From Wallemia ichthyophaga EXF-994 (Eukaryota; Fungi; Basidiomycota), in NCBI RefSeq assembly GCF_000400465.1, contig NW_008806284.1:60001-122000 (forward strand): DNA of 62,000 bases. The letters run 5' to 3'. Below are positions 9,285-26,579 of the stretch, in pieces (position 1 is the first letter of the stretch; each line of letters starts with the position of its first letter). The notes under the pieces were generated by a model that saw only the letters and a program-made list of their open reading frames with translations, was not told where the DNA came from and made no database searches. The position numbers and the translations under genes were made by a program.

Positions 9285-10355
9285 ATGGAAAATAAAAAGT
9301 TGAACTTTGCAATCGCTAAATACCTCAAAAGCGCACAAGCTGGGTTAAGCGGCGAGAAGCAGGAATCACTCAGCGTTGCAATTGAGTCGTTGGAGGATGT
9401 CTTCGAGGTGGATGACACGCAGGCAGGTGCTTTGGATAGCCCAGTGGATTTGGCAGCCTTGTTCAAGAGTGCGCAAGTCGCTGAGAAGCCACAAGCAGCA
9501 GCTGGGCCAGCTAACCAATCAGAGCCATCCGCTCAAGACATGGCCAAAGCAGACACACTCAAGGCTCAAGGCAATGCCCTCATGTCTGCGCAGAAGTACC
9601 AAGAAGCTGTAGACGCTTACACCCAAGCTATAGCCCTGCACTCCACCAACAAGATTCTCTATTCGTACGTGTACACTTCCTTCTAGAATGTACCCTGCTC
9701 ACTTGCTCACAGCAACAGAGCAGCTGCGTACTCGCAGGCTGGTGACCAAGACGCATCCATCGCAGACGCTAAGAAGGCACTCGAAATTGACCCGGCTTTC
9801 GCCAGAGCGTACTCGAGATTAGGTCACGCGTACTTCAACGCTAAGCAGTACGATAATGCCGTCAGCGCATATGAGGATGGTCTCAAGTATGATACCGACA
9901 ATCAGACCATGAAGTCTAGCCTCATCACCGCTAGATCCAAGGTAGGCGGCTCTGTTCAACAGAGAGAATCTCAGGATGCCGGCGCAGGTGCTGGTGCTGG
10001 TGCTGGTGCTGGCGGTGGTGGTATGCCTGATCTCTCAGCTCTCGCAGGCATGTTTGGCGGCGCTGGCGGTGGTGCTGGCGGCGGCGGCGGCGGCGGTATG
10101 CCTGATATCGGTGCTTTACTCAATAACCCAATGATGCGCCAGATGGCTCAATCGATGATGTCCAACGGCGGTATGGAGAGACTTATGTCTAACCCTGGTC
10201 TCAGGAACATGGCGGAGAACATGAGAAGTGGTGGACAGATGCCATCCATCGAGGAGTTGGCAGGTAACCCCGAACTCAGAGGTCTCGCTGAGTCTTTCGG
10301 TGCTGGTGGTGCTGGTGGTGCTGGCCAAGGCAATCCTCCACCAGGCAATGCTTAA
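9285..10355 (+). CDS. SGT2: TPR co-chaperone of the GET pathway
   Basis: N-terminal dimerisation domain (QESLSVAIESL..F), TPRs (KAQGNALM..YQEAVDAYTQAI; RAYSRLG) and a Gly/Met-rich STI1 C-terminus. Intron at ~9665-9712. Confidence 0.92.
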
Positions 10356-10403
10356 TTTCCATTAAATAAAGGTTTATTAGTAAAGATATCTATATGTATA
10401 CAT

Positions 10404-11750
10404 CTATTCATCATCTTCCTCCTCTTTCTCCTCCTCTTCTTGCTCCTGCTCCTGCTCACTCTCATTCTCCTGTACGTCTTGGTCTTCACTCTCTTCTGCA
10501 TCTCCCTCATCTTCATAGCCCGCACTGGCAACATCAAGACATGTGAGTCTGGTGCCCTTTGTGTTATATGCCGCGACACACTCCAACTGCACCTGCTTGC
10601 TTGACTTTGTGAGCGCACTCAGATCGAAAGCTCTTACGAATCCATCCGATGAGATAGTGATAGCGAGTAGTAAGTCAGCCACCAATCCAAACCTGACACT
10701 CTTGATGCGGTTTTGGTGACCTACCAGCTCAGCCACGAAAGCACTCTCTTCACCCTCTTTAATTGCATAAAGCAGCACCCTCTTGTCCTCGCTTGCAACG
10801 GCAAAAAACTCAACACCATCGTCAAATCCCTGTGATTTGAGTGGTCTAGCGAAGCCAATGTCATTGAACTTAGTTGTCAATTTAGCTGGCAGCCATGGTA
10901 AAGGAGGGAGCAATTCGAAACCCTGCGTATTTCTCATCTCAACATGTTGTTTGAACATGATTGCGATTATGTTCCCAGATTTACTAAACTTGACCACTTC
11001 CGGATTACCTTTGCGACCCTCAATACCTAATTTCGTGCCTGCGATTCTACCAACATGGCCAGCTTGTCTATTCGACTCCTTCGAGTTCTTGCCCAATCTC
11101 CACAGCTGTCCCATTCTGTCGCTGCCGACAGTCATTGCGAAGCCTCCCTTAGGATGCACAGCTGCTGAGTCTACGCTACCCTTGTGAGCGCGGAATGACT
11201 TAAGCAGCTCCCATTCACCGCATTTAAAGATATATATGTTCGAGTGCGTCGTACCGATTACGAGGTGGGCATGATTGACGAAAGACATTGTGAGTGGAGT
11301 GCCTGTGTGGAGTGTGTTAGCCGTGCTAGTCTTGCTAACTGTGTCTGCTGCAGTCGTAAGACCGCGCAATGTCGCACCTTCTGTACCAGTCAAAGAACCG
11401 ACTTCGACTCTTCTGCGTACATCCCACACTTTGATAGACTCGTCAGTACCTCCGGTAATAAGCCACTTGCCGCCCTTAGATGAGCCTGGCGGCGGCGGTG
11501 ATAGCGCGACGCTCTTGATACACGTGATGTGCGCAGGGAACATAAACAGCGGCTTGAATTGGAGCTTGCCAGCTTGCATGCGTAAATTGAATCCATACAG
11601 CAACCGCTCGTAGCTCCCTACGGCAACATTCACGCTCACTGGGCCACTTGCAGCTTTTTTGGCTTCAGGATTCTGAATTTTCGCACTTTTCGTTGGCACG
11701 TCACTGGCAGCCTGGTTCTGTTGAAATCTAGCTCTCTTTTGCCCGCCCAT
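10404..11750 (-). CDS. MAK11: WD40 60S biogenesis protein Mak11/PAK1IP1
   Basis: VAVGSYERLLYG, FPAH..IKSVA, GGTDESIKVWD, GHQNRIKS, SSDG, TRLTCL and an acidic tail. A 75-nt in-frame intron lies at 11303-11377. Confidence 0.88.
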   Translation of the reverse strand: MGGQKRARFQQNQAASDVPTKSAKIQNPEAKKAASGPVSVNVAVGSYERLLYGFNLRMQAGKLQFKPLFMFPAHITCIKSVALSPPPPGSSKGGKWLITGGTDESIKVWDVRRRVEVGSLTGTEGATLRGLTTAADTVSKTSTANTLHTGTPLTMSFVNHAHLVIGTTHSNIYIFKCGEWELLKSFRAHKGSVDSAAVHPKGGFAMTVGSDRMGQLWRLGKNSKESNRQAGHVGRIAGTKLGIEGRKGNPEVVKFSKSGNIIAIMFKQHVEMRNTQGFELLPPLPWLPAKLTTKFNDIGFARPLKSQGFDDGVEFFAVASEDKRVLLYAIKEGEESAFVAELVGHQNRIKSVRFGLVADLLLAITISSDGFVRAFDLSALTKSSKQVQLECVAAYNTKGTRLTCLDVASAGYEDEGDAEESEDQDVQENESEQEQEQEEEEKEEEDDE

Positions 11751-12171
11751 TTATGCACTCTGCTGATCGTTGAGAGGAAGGAAGAGGAAGATTCTCCAGA
11801 TTACATCATAACAGAGTGACGAGTTAATCAATCTAGATTTAGCACTCTCTGAGCTACTTATATCCTTGCCAAGTATTGTAGCGGTCTATTACAGCTTAAA
11901 ATAGTAGCTCAAAATTTGCACATTCCTCGGATACTGCAGTCTTCAACAATCGGGATGTCCCCAAGCCTTTACTGACATGGGACTTGCTAAATTCACGTAA
12001 TACCAGTAACCACGGGCATTTCCCAGCGTGTGCCTCGTTCGTGCTGGAATTAAAGACACCATACATGCATTAAGCGAAGTATCTTCTATAAATAATACAT
12101 CCAAAAATAAATACATTGCACATATAAAGCCGCATTGCGGTCATTACCTCCCTTTTTCATTCTATCTTCCT

Positions 12172-13599
12172 ATGTTCAAGCAAGTTGTCTACTTAGGATT
12201 ATTGGCGAGCGCAGCGGCGCAATCTAACGGAACAATTGACCTCACGGAGCCAGAGGCAGGAAGATGGGGTGGCAATAATGGTAAGACACCCACGCAGCAC
12301 TACAACGACTTCGACCATGAAGTCTTTCACAACCGCACCTACACCCCACAGCCCATTAGGTATGAAATGGGAGAAGTATATACGGTGAAAGAGAACGCGG
12401 ACTTAGATAGAATGTCTCCAGATACACTCGCACCGCCCACCGTCGATTTCGGCAGCATTGAAAATCCAAGATGGCACATGTCTGACTCGTACAACCGCCT
12501 GGCTATTGGGGGGTATGCAAGACAACAAACAGTCAGGGACCTACCTATTAGCAAGGATATTGCCGGTGTAGATATGCGCTTATCACCACATGCTTTTAGA
12601 GAGTCCCATTGGCACACACAGGCCGAATGGTCGTATATTTTTTCAGGACGAGTTATCATCTCAGCCATTATGCCAGATGGAAAGACCTTCATGAGCGAGC
12701 TGGGACCAGGCGACGTTTGGTTCTTCCCTCCATCCACCATACACTCCATCCAAGCTCTTGACGAAGGCGCCGAGTTCCTACTCATCTTCGACAGCGGAGC
12801 ATTCGACGAGAACGATACCTTTTTAGCTGCGGAGGCACTATCACGCATCCCTAAATCTGTGATCAAGTAGGTGGAAACTCGCTGACGACTAAAATTTTCC
12901 GCTCACATGCACCAGTAAAAATTTCGGTTTGAGCAAGAATGCAACTGATTTCGACAATATTCCGGCAGAGCAGCTCTACATTTTCAGAGGAGAAGCACCT
13001 GTACCATCTTTCAAGGAGCAGAAAGCGTCGATCAACAACCCCTTTGGCATGCTCGAAGACCACACTCTCGCGCTCAAATTCTCTGAGACACCATGGGAAG
13101 AGCATGACGGCGGCAAGGTGAAGATCGCAGACAGTAAAATTTTCAACGCGCCCAATCTCGACATTTCAGTTGCGCATCTGTCACTTGAAAGCAACAGTCT
13201 GAGGACACTGCACTGGCATGAGACTTGTGAGTTTGGAACTGTCCATTCGAGTACGAATACTCACAACACTCAGCCGAGTGGGATTTTGTCTTAAAGGGCA
13301 CACTTAGGGTGACCATCTACGCCGGCAACGGTAACAGCCGTACATACGACATCAACTCTCTCGACGTGCTCTATGTGGAGGCGAACAACCTTCACTATCT
13401 TGAATGTGTTAGCCCAGAGCCATGCGAGTTCCTCGCTGCTTTCAAGATCGACACGTACAACGACTTTGAATACGGTCAATTCCTCAGCGCCGCTCCTCGT
13501 TACACCGTCAAGCAGCATCTCAGAATCAGTGATGAGACACTAGACAAAGTCCAGGGCAGTGTTGCTAACAAACAGATTATCATGCCTGACAACTGTTAA
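12172..13599 (+). CDS. OXDC: Secreted bicupin oxalate decarboxylase
   Basis: Signal peptide MFKQVVYLGLLASAAA, GGYARQQTVRDLP and two cupin Mn motifs (RESHWH..EW..HSIQ; RTLHWH..LHYLE). Two introns. Confidence 0.88.
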
Positions 13600-13726
13600 A
13601 GGAACAAGTAAGAAGAAAAAAGAGTTGTGATTCATGTGTAATAATAATCTTTTCATTACAGATCGATTCTGATTATCCTGTTATAGTTAATTTATGTGTG
13701 TCATGTCTCGCTCACATTTTCACATC

Positions 13727-15210
13727 TCAAGCGATCACCTCAGTGACAATACCAGTACCAATCGTCTTGTTGCCCTCTCTGAGCGTGAATCTAGAGTTGT
13801 TTTCCAGTGGCAAGTCGTGAACGAGTTCGCCGACCATCTCAACGTTGTCACCAGGCATGATCATCTTCTCGCCAGCGTCAGCAGTGCCTTCTGGGAACTT
13901 GAGAGAAATGGTAACGTCAGAGGTTCTGATGAAGAGTTGTGGGCGGTAATTCTCGAAGAATGGAGAGTGACGACCGCCCTCTTCCTTTGTGAGGATGTAG
14001 AGCTGAGCCTTGAACTTTTTATAGCTCTTGATAGAGTCAACTGCGGAAATGACTTGACCACGACGGATTTGCTCTCTCTTCACACCTCTGAGCAAGGCAC
14101 CCATGTTGTCACCGGACTCACCACGGTCCAACTCCCTGTGGAAGGACTCGATACCAGTGAGTGTGGTCTTGAATGAGTTACCGAGACCGAGAATTTGAAT
14201 TTCCTCACCCTTCTTGATAGTACCTCTCTCAACTCTGCCGGTGGCGACAGTACCTCTACCAGAAATGGTGAAGGTGTCTTCGATAGGCATCAGGAATGGC
14301 TTGTCGAGATCTCTCTCTGGGATATCCAACCAGCTATCGGAAGCTTCCATGAGCTCATCGATTGAGTTTGTACCAATCTCAGGGTTGCGGCCTTCGAGAG
14401 CAGCAAGTGCGGAGCCCTTAACGATTGGGGTGTTATCACCATCGTATCCGTACGTAGAGAGCAAGTCACGGATTTCCATATCTACGAGTTCCAACATTTC
14501 AGGATCATCAACTTGATCGACCTTGTTGATGTACACGACGAGTTTCTTGACACCGACCTGCTTGGCAAGGAGAAGGTGCTCTCTGGTCTGAGGCATCTGG
14601 CCGTCTGCAGCGGAGACTACAATGATAGCACCATCCATTTGGGCAGCACCAGTAATCATGTTTTTGATGTAATCAGCGTGTCCTGGGCAGTCAACGTGTG
14701 CGTAGTGTCTGTTCTCGGTCTCGTATTCGACGTGGGCGGTGGAGATAGTGATACCTCTAGCCTTCTCTTCTGGTGCCTTATCGATTTGGTTGTAATCGAG
14801 GAACTGGCCCTTGCCAGATTTCTCAGTGAGGTACTTTGTGATGGCTGCAGTGAGCGTAGTCTTTCCGTGATCGACGTGTCCAATGGTACCGACATTCAAG
14901 TGTGGCTTGTCGCGTTGGAAAGTTGCGTATGTGCGAGCTGAGTGGGTGCTAGCTCCGCGGGCTGGGTTTTTGGCGTGAGGATGAATATTTTCCCAATACC
15001 TAAAACTCACCCAATGCAGTTGGAATCACTGCAGAGCGCATGCTCATACGCTGGAGACCATTTGCGAGTGAACGAGTGGCTAAACCTGGGTGTTTTTCTC
15101 AGAAGCGTTTCCTCAATTTGATGGTGCAACCAACCTCTAGCAACGCCTCTAAATGGCTGTGGCTGGACGAAACGTCTGCCTGCTACACGCACAGCTGGTA
15201 CCCTGAACAT
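13727..15210 (-). CDS. TUF1: Mitochondrial elongation factor Tu
   Basis: [23 protein letters not shown] and NKVD. Arg-rich presequence [14 protein letters not shown], with 5' introns. Confidence 0.96.
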
Positions 15211-15747
15211 TTTGTAGATGGTTGGAAAGAGAAGACGACGCGGACGAGCTCCGAGGGATTCAGTTTAAAAATTGAGTGGAGTATAGTAGTATAGGGAATA
15301 GCTGGAAGTGGTATTAGAAGGTCAAATGGATTCCTTCTATTGGTATTGCTCGTGGTGCCACTCTGGGTGTTTGTTTTTACATCAAATGACTTGAATTTGT
15401 TATATTTATTGTGCACTGTCTTTGAGGTTCAAATACCTTTTATCTTGTAGCCTTCATGTCTGCATCATGCTGTCCAAAAATTTTGACTTTTGTTGGCCGA
15501 AACATTCCAGAGGCCGTATGGCTTTGGGAATAGCGTGGACTGGGTTTTTCGAAGCTTTGTATTATGTTGCTTTAGAGTTCATGCGCAAGTTAGTTGTTGA
15601 AAAGTGTCCATCTGTGAAGTAAATAATGTGATGTGATTCGAGTACTTGAAAGTATTCCATATAACGCCGACAATTAACACGCGCTATCACTTAATACACG
15701 CTAGCTACGCCCAAATTTACACCACTTGTGCGTCTTAAACAAATACC

Positions 15748-17161
15748 ATGACCACGATTACTTCCCAACCTTCGGCAACGACAGCAAGTATAAGATCAGA
15801 CCAATCCAGCAACCTGGAATGTCGTATCCCGAGCTATACGATCGAACTTGAAGGCACTTCGAACCAATTCGTCAACTACAACGTCGCTTACACCTCCAAC
15901 TCAACACTCTACGCCAGCAGCCACCAAGAGACCCAAAGGCGGTTCAAAGACTTTAAATTTCTCCACACGCAGCTCTCTCACTCTTTTCCTGCCTCTGTTA
16001 TTCCCCCCCTTCCCGATCAGCATAGACTGGAGTATCTCACAGGCGATCGATTCTCCAACGACTTTATTCAACGACGCAAACAGGATCTAGAGCGGTTTTT
16101 GCAGCGCATCAGCCGCCATCCGATACTCAAGCGCTCCAAGCTTGTCATAGACTTTTTCGTGTCGACAGAGTGGAACACAGTGATGCACAAACTCGGATCC
16201 CAGCCACTGTCTTACTCAACCAGCTCGATTGAATCGCACACACTGCTTGACAATATATCCGACAGTCTTGTCAATGCCTTCACAAAGGTCAAGAAGCCAG
16301 ACGATCGCTTTGTTGAGCTGAGAGACAATCTCAACAGGCTAGATGACTCGCTTAGTAATATAGAAAAGATAATTCAGAAGCTGCGTACAAAAATCAGCAG
16401 TCAGTCTTATATGCATATCAATCCCGAGAACTATGCACTGACGTACTTGTCAGGTGTGGACAATACAGCCATCGACGTTGACCTGAATGGAGACTACGAT
16501 GATGGTGCGGGTGCTACACAAGCGCTAGCATACTTGGAATCAGGTATCACTGAGCCATTAAATCGATTCGCTCATGCGCAGTTGGAAATGAGCAACATTC
16601 TAAAAGAACAGACTGTCTTAGCTTTCGAGCCTGTGCTCGATCATATTCACTCTCTTAGAGCATACGCTGCCGCTCACAAGTATGTTCTCAAACTGCGCGA
16701 TCAGAAACAACTGGATTTCGAACAGTTGACGACGTATCTCTCTCAACTCGCCCTGCAACACCAAAGACTTGTATCTGCACAACATATCAGCAGTGGTGGG
16801 ATTGGGGGATATATTCGCGATAAAGTGGATCACTTGCGTGGACAAGATGATGAGAGTTTGCGATTAGAGCGTATTAGAAAATTGGAGGAACAGATGAAGG
16901 AGCTCGAGAAAGCAGTTGAGAATTCATCGAAACAAAATGTTGAGTTCAGTCAGGCCGTGTTGAGAGAACACTCCATCTTCGATATGGCTAAGAGGATCGA
17001 AATGAAGGAGATTCTTCACCATTTGGCTGATGGTCATATTGTGGCTTATAAGAAGGTGCGCACGGTGGTTTGTTCATCGCACGACTAACATCACCCCACA
17101 GACGTCTGAGGAATTCGACAGACTGATACCACATTTACAACGTATACGCGTCGATGTCTAA
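15748..17161 (+). CDS. SNX4: Sorting nexin 4 / Atg24 (PX-BAR)
   Basis: PX motif RRFKDF..PPLPD.HRLEYLTGDRFS, BAR region with KLRDQKQLDFEQL. Last intron ~17057-17101. Confidence 0.88.
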
Positions 17162-17210
17162 TTACCAGAAGTAGAGTGTAGAAGTAAATGTATTGCTATA
17201 TATATATATA

Positions 17211-18440
17211 TCACAACAGCCCATCAAATCTCATTTTGGCAGTTTGGAGAAGACCTAGCTCATCATTGCGCATCTGCATGAGCAGAGGGTTTGCTGCCTT
17301 GGTGTCAACCTGCGGTGGGTATTCTCCCAATCTCTCGTCTATCCTTTGGAGGAGCTGTTGAATTAATTGTCGCAGATAACCATCAGTGATAGTCTCAGAT
17401 TGCTGATACGCCAATACAATCAAATTAAGAACGTCGGTGTCGCACACCCCGAACAAACCGAGAGACACTCTGGCTTGTGAGTCAATAAAGGCATCTGGAT
17501 GAGCCACAAAGAGATCCTGATCGTCGTCTTGGAGCGTTTGAACAGTATAGATTGGTGGAATCGCGTCGAAAGTGACTCTGTCAGAATCGTTAGCCTCCAA
17601 CACGAATCCGTACTCGATAGCGAGGTCCACGTTATCGAGCGAGTCACCGTAGCTGTTGAAGAGTTCTTCAGCGGGCTGAGTGGTGTGTGTAGTGACGATA
17701 TCCAATGTTTGCGGGGGAGTGGTGAGATAATCTGTATTTGGCGACTGAATACACCCATTCAGCCACCCACAACAGTCGCAGACAACTAAATCAGACTCTA
17801 TAGCCACAGTAGGCTCTTCTAGGTGATTGAAAAGGTCTGCAACAGGCACCAAACCAACTTGGTGGTGTGTGTCAACTTGAAACAATCGTGATGAAGTAAT
17901 GGCATAGGCGTATAGAAATGCTTCGAATGTACTTGTGATGTTTAGCGTTGAGGCGTGTGCGTCGAATGTATCTTTGAGCTTCTGTTTCGTTTGCCTGCCT
18001 CTTATACCTTGATGCGAGTTGAGCATGCTATACCGCTTACACAGTTCAGTGCCAGCCATTTCAGGCGTAAAGGGCCAGAGAGAGGCAATATCTGGAGGTG
18101 TCAGGGGTAGGGATTGTATGTAGAGATGCCATTTTGATTGATTGGCAGATTGAATTTCGAAGACAAGTGCAAAAGAGAGAGCTACGACGTGAGTGAGTGG
18201 AATCTGAGAGAGTTGAGTTGAAATAGTAGACGTTTTAAGCGTAAGCAAAGAGTCTTTGGGTATTCTCGCCACTGAATAGAGTTAGATTGAGTAATAGGAA
18301 TGGTACAACAACCAACCAACGCTGTCTTTGAGTATAAAATCGTTTGATAGTATCTTTTCATCGCTTATATCCAATCTACCATCCAAATCAACGCCGTTTG
18401 ACTCGCACCAGCTAAGTAAACAACTACGACGACTATTCAT
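17211..18440 (-). CDS. SET-domain protein-lysine methyltransferase (Rkm/SETD6-like)
   Basis: AYAITSSRLF..LVPVADLFNH..ELFNSYG...YGF. The first exon has LLSWCESNGV. Confidence 0.82.
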
Positions 18441-18947
18441 CTGCGTTTTATACAAGGAATACAATACAAAAAGCTTAGCTCATTCAGATTCATAAATTGA
18501 TTTCCTTCAATATTAAATTAGGAAAGACTAATCGTTGAAACATCATGTGAGCAATTAAGCTTAGAGTATCGTTGAAAAGAGAAGCTACTGGTTTTAAAAG
18601 GGTTAAAAATTTACTACGAGATAAGAGCAAGTAATAATATAAACAATACTGTGTATGGTAGTAACATTCTGAGGCTGAATATTGAGCTAAATTTTATCAT
18701 TATAGACATTTTAACATATACAATTTGTGGTGAAATATGAAGAGGCGGAAAAGAGGGAAAATTTTGAAATAAATAAGCGAAGAAAGAAGAAAGATTTGTA
18801 AATATAAATAAAATCCCAGCTAATAAAACACCTATTATACCTTTTAAATTGTTGTTCACAGTGATTTTTAATTTCAGAGTACACCACGCAATGGTTCGTG
18901 GTGAGCTGGCTTTAACTGACACAGTCAAAGGTGAGGATATAAATTGA

Positions 18948-20238
<1,291 letters not shown>

Positions 20239-20481
20239 GCGTAATTCTCGCGGTGGACCTCGTACTGGTCTCAATCACGAAATGAAAAATTCAAATATAC
20301 GTTATTCCAAGTTTTTTCTTTCCAAAGTTCTTTATATTCTCTTTACCCTGTGTTGCAAGAATCAACAAATTTAAAAAGTGCTTTTGTTGTATTGTGTGAA
20401 TGTGCTGGTGTAGATGTGCAAGAACAATACATATGGTGCTAATGATACAAATAATTTAAAGGTGAGTTCATATCAACCCAC

Positions 20482-21490
20482 TCAATCAATATCCCCAGTC
20501 TGTATCTCATGATAAATAACATGTGGACCTGATCTATAGTGATTGTTGGTGGATTTCAGCGAACGATTCAACTTTGGTAGAGTGAGTTGTTTGAAGAATT
20601 CATTTGAAGCTGTGTCATTTATTTCATTTGCCATAACTTGAGAAAGCATCCTATCGTTTTCCTGTTCGAGTTGTTCGAGGACGTTTCTTTCATTATTGAG
20701 AACCTGACGAATAAGCTCATTGTTCTCTTCAACAACTTGAAATTGAGCAACAGCGAGAGTATATTCTGGGTAAAAGGGAGGTTCACCTGGTGCAGTGAGA
20801 ACAGTTTGAAAAGCCATTTCATCAGCTTGATCGATAAATAAAGATTCTTCTTCCTTCCTTTGATCATTTACTTGTTGTGGGTGATCGGCTTCGCCATCCT
20901 CACCATCTTCATTCTCCACTTTAGATTTTCTAGCTGATTTCTTCTCGCTTGGAGGTGGTGCTGCACCAGAACCTCTTACAGTTGGAAGGGTATCAACGTG
21001 ATGCTGCATTCTCATATGTTTAGCCAAAGCGTCAGACCTAGTGAAAGATCTATCACATTCTGCTTTCTCTTGCTGTAGAGTATGTGAATATGAAACACTC
21101 GCGTACACCAATAAAACTCACGCAAATAAAAGGTTTATCGGTGGTGTGAGATCTCAAATGAGCTATTAAAGCTTGTTTTGAAGACTGATTCTTTGATTTG
21201 CGTGAACAGCCAATCCATTCGCATGTGTATTTAGATTTATCGCCAACGTGGTCATTGTAGATGTGGTCAAGCATTAGATGCTGATCACCGAATATCATAG
21301 CACATCCATCCCAATCGCAGGTGGTTATCGGACCCCAATCAGGATTACCGTTTAAGTCAACTTGATTGGTTTGATTGGATTTATCTGATTGTGGATCTGG
21401 ACTTGGTGATCGTGATAGAATTTCACTCAAGTTGTCATCTTGTAGATATTCAATTGGACGCTTGATTGGTGTGGCAGTGGATAATGACAT
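20482..21490 (-). CDS. C2H2 zinc-finger protein, similar in layout to INO80 subunit Iec1
   Basis: Three C2H2 fingers (CDWDGC..HIYNDH; CEWIGC..HLRSH; TDKPFIC|..CDRSFTRSDALAKHMRMQH) and a C-terminal coiled coil. Confidence 0.8.
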
Positions 21491-22524
21491 CTGCGAACTG
21501 TCTCGTCTTGGTGGTTGAGGTCAGAGAGGCGAAGTGAGGGAAGGAGAGGAAACCTAGTAGGAGTAACGCCAAAGTAGACTTTAACGGACTTGCAGGTCTT
21601 CGTTGAAGTTCAGAGAGAGCTAAGCGGGTGGAAATACAGCTTACTGGGAGCAGCGCAGACTATTTACAGGGAAAGGGTTATACCCGCCTTACTATGGCCC
21701 CCAAGACGGCGAACCACAATGAAAAGAGGAAATGAGTGTGGGCCGCTTGAATACCGTAGTATCAGCCGGGAAGCTAAATTTTCTTTGGATCACGTAGCTT
21801 GTGCCTTGCCTTTGTTGTGTTTCACGAATCCCGCTACCCTCGTTCCTAATCATCCGGTTGACGGCATTCATAAAGTTGCTCAGCTACTTATACTCAAAGC
21901 CTTCGATGTATTCATTCGGTCTTAATGTTGACTGTTGGTTCTCAAGTGCTCTCGCTCCTAGTCACATGGCTATCGGCATGCACAGCATACGCTAAGGCGT
22001 AGCAAATACACGTTCGTCTATACTGTTAGTATTTGCAGGGCTTTCTTTATCTGGCTTCCTGTCCAATTACGCAAGCACATCAAAGACATTGTATCAACAA
22101 TGGTAATCTTCCACTAAACACATCGCACTCAATTCTCAGATGAGAGAATAGATATGAAGATGTGTAATGTGTATTGAATGGATCATCAACGTTTTATACA
22201 CGCTAATATTTAAACAAATAAGCTTAAATTGAGTTAAGTTCTAGAAAGTTAACGAAAACTGATGAATAAAAGAGATGAATTGTTTTGGTTTTTATATCTC
22301 CTGTAAATATCGCGGAAATCAATAACCATCTCTCAAAAAAGATGCATCTCTCTTTCGTCATCAGTTAGCTCCGTAGATTTACATTTCCGAGGAGTGAGAT
22401 TACTAGAGGCGTACACATATTTACGTATCGCAATCTTTGAGTGGTAATTCAAATTATTTTATTTTCTTCAATTGGAGATGTCTGCTGTGACGCACACGCA
22501 TGCGTTTCTTAGCACAAAACAACC

Positions 22525-25137
<2,613 letters not shown>

Positions 25138-25268
25138 ATTTGTATCTATTTATAGCATTTAAATTTCTTTCCTAACATTGAAACAATTAAGCATTCTTAG
25201 ATTCAAATTCAAAAATTCAAACATTCTCACATTACCAGAAGTATATAAATAAATTAGCAAAATTAACT

Positions 25269-26537
25269 TTACTTTCCACCAATCCGCTTGGATTTACCTG
25301 GTCTAGATTTCTTATTACCCTTGAATGGAGCATTTGTAGAGTCTTTAGTGTTTGACTTTGCGTGCTTCTTTTTACCTCCATGGCCAAATTTAGCATCGCG
25401 TGCACCTCTTGACATTTTCCTCTTTTTATTGTCATCTTTACCTTCTTTACCACCTTCAAGGGCATCTTCTAATTGGATATCGAAGTCATCATCACCAGCT
25501 TCAAGGCCATCAACGCCACCTTTCTTACGCTTGAGAGATTTAACCTTATCGATCATATCCTTCTTGGATTGCTGTCTCTCCATCATCTTTTCATTCTGGA
25601 CCTTTTTACCGACCTTCTTCAATTCGCGTTGCTTACGTGCCTTTTCAGAAGCTTCAATGTTAGATTTCTCATCCATCATCTTTTGACGTATCTTCTCCAT
25701 CTGTACATCAGTCTTGACCATTTCTGCGAAAAAGTCATTCGGTCTACTGAAAGGAACGCCAGCTTTGAGTACTTGTGGCTTAGCTCTCTCGACGGCTTCT
25801 AATGATTGCTTGTAGAAGGCTAATTCACGTGAAAGATCGTCATACACGTCTTCTGCACCTAAGTCTTTGATGGATTTTGACGAGGTTACTGCGAGTGTTT
25901 CAATGAAAGGTAACTTATCTGAGAGTTTGAAGTCGTTGAGGATACGTGTGATTGCAGATTTGTTATTGACTGTTACTTTGGTTGTTATTTGTGCTCTAGT
26001 ATCTTCATCGACGTCTTGAGCATCTTCAAGGGTGAGTGGGTGGGTGGATTCGTCTTCTTCTTCTTCAGAGTTTTCTTCATCGTCATCCTCTTCCTCGTCG
26101 TTGATGAAACCAGCACCGTCTTCTTGGTCATCCTCTTCATCCTCATCGTCGTCTTCGCTATTGTCATCACCTGAGACGAGAGCTTCATTGTCGACAAGGT
26201 CTTCTTGATCCTCTTGATCGTCGTCATCGTCGTCGTCGTTGTCATCGCCATTTTGAGACTAGAGTAGGTGAGCAAAAGACTAGATAAAAAGCCATAAACT
26301 AACTCCTTCTAATTGATTCAAGTAAGCTAATTGGTCTAGAGCTTGTTGATCTAAGCCATCCTCACCTAAAACTTTAATAAGCTTCTGCATTGATTCCTCG
26401 CTAACGCCGTCGAAATCTTCTTCGCCTGAGGAAGAATCTTCTAATTCATCTTGTTTGAGGATGTTCTTGATATTCTTGTTATCCTTGTTATCCTTGTTAT
26501 CCTTGATGTTGGATTTAGTTGATTTAGATTTTGGCAT
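25269..26537 (-). CDS. EBP2: rRNA-processing protein Ebp2
   Basis: DDLSRELAFYKQSL..GVPFSRPNDFFAEMVKTD.QMEKIRQK..KSRPGKSKR, with an acidic N-terminal half. Confidence 0.92.
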
Positions 26538-26579
26538 TGTTGGGTGTAACAAACCACCAAGTCGAAAGTCAAATATTCA
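26538..26579. promoter_or_regulatory. 42-nt gap between divergent EBP2 and PHO13 start codons
   Basis: ATG at 26537 (-) and ATG at 26580 (+). Confidence 0.55.

Noticed and set aside
15210-15748. Sm-site-like AATTTTTGG (minus strand, ~15475) and a QCR10-like peptide KWIPSIGIARGATLGV (plus strand)
   Set aside because: I found no U1/U2/U4/U5 signature sequences, and no valid start exon for the peptide. This is probably the TUF1/SNX4 divergent promoter and UTRs.
22135-22195. TTGATGA...CTGA pair on the minus strand as another snoRNA
   Set aside because: It is only ~52 nt, with no flanking stem and no rRNA or snRNA complement that I recognise.
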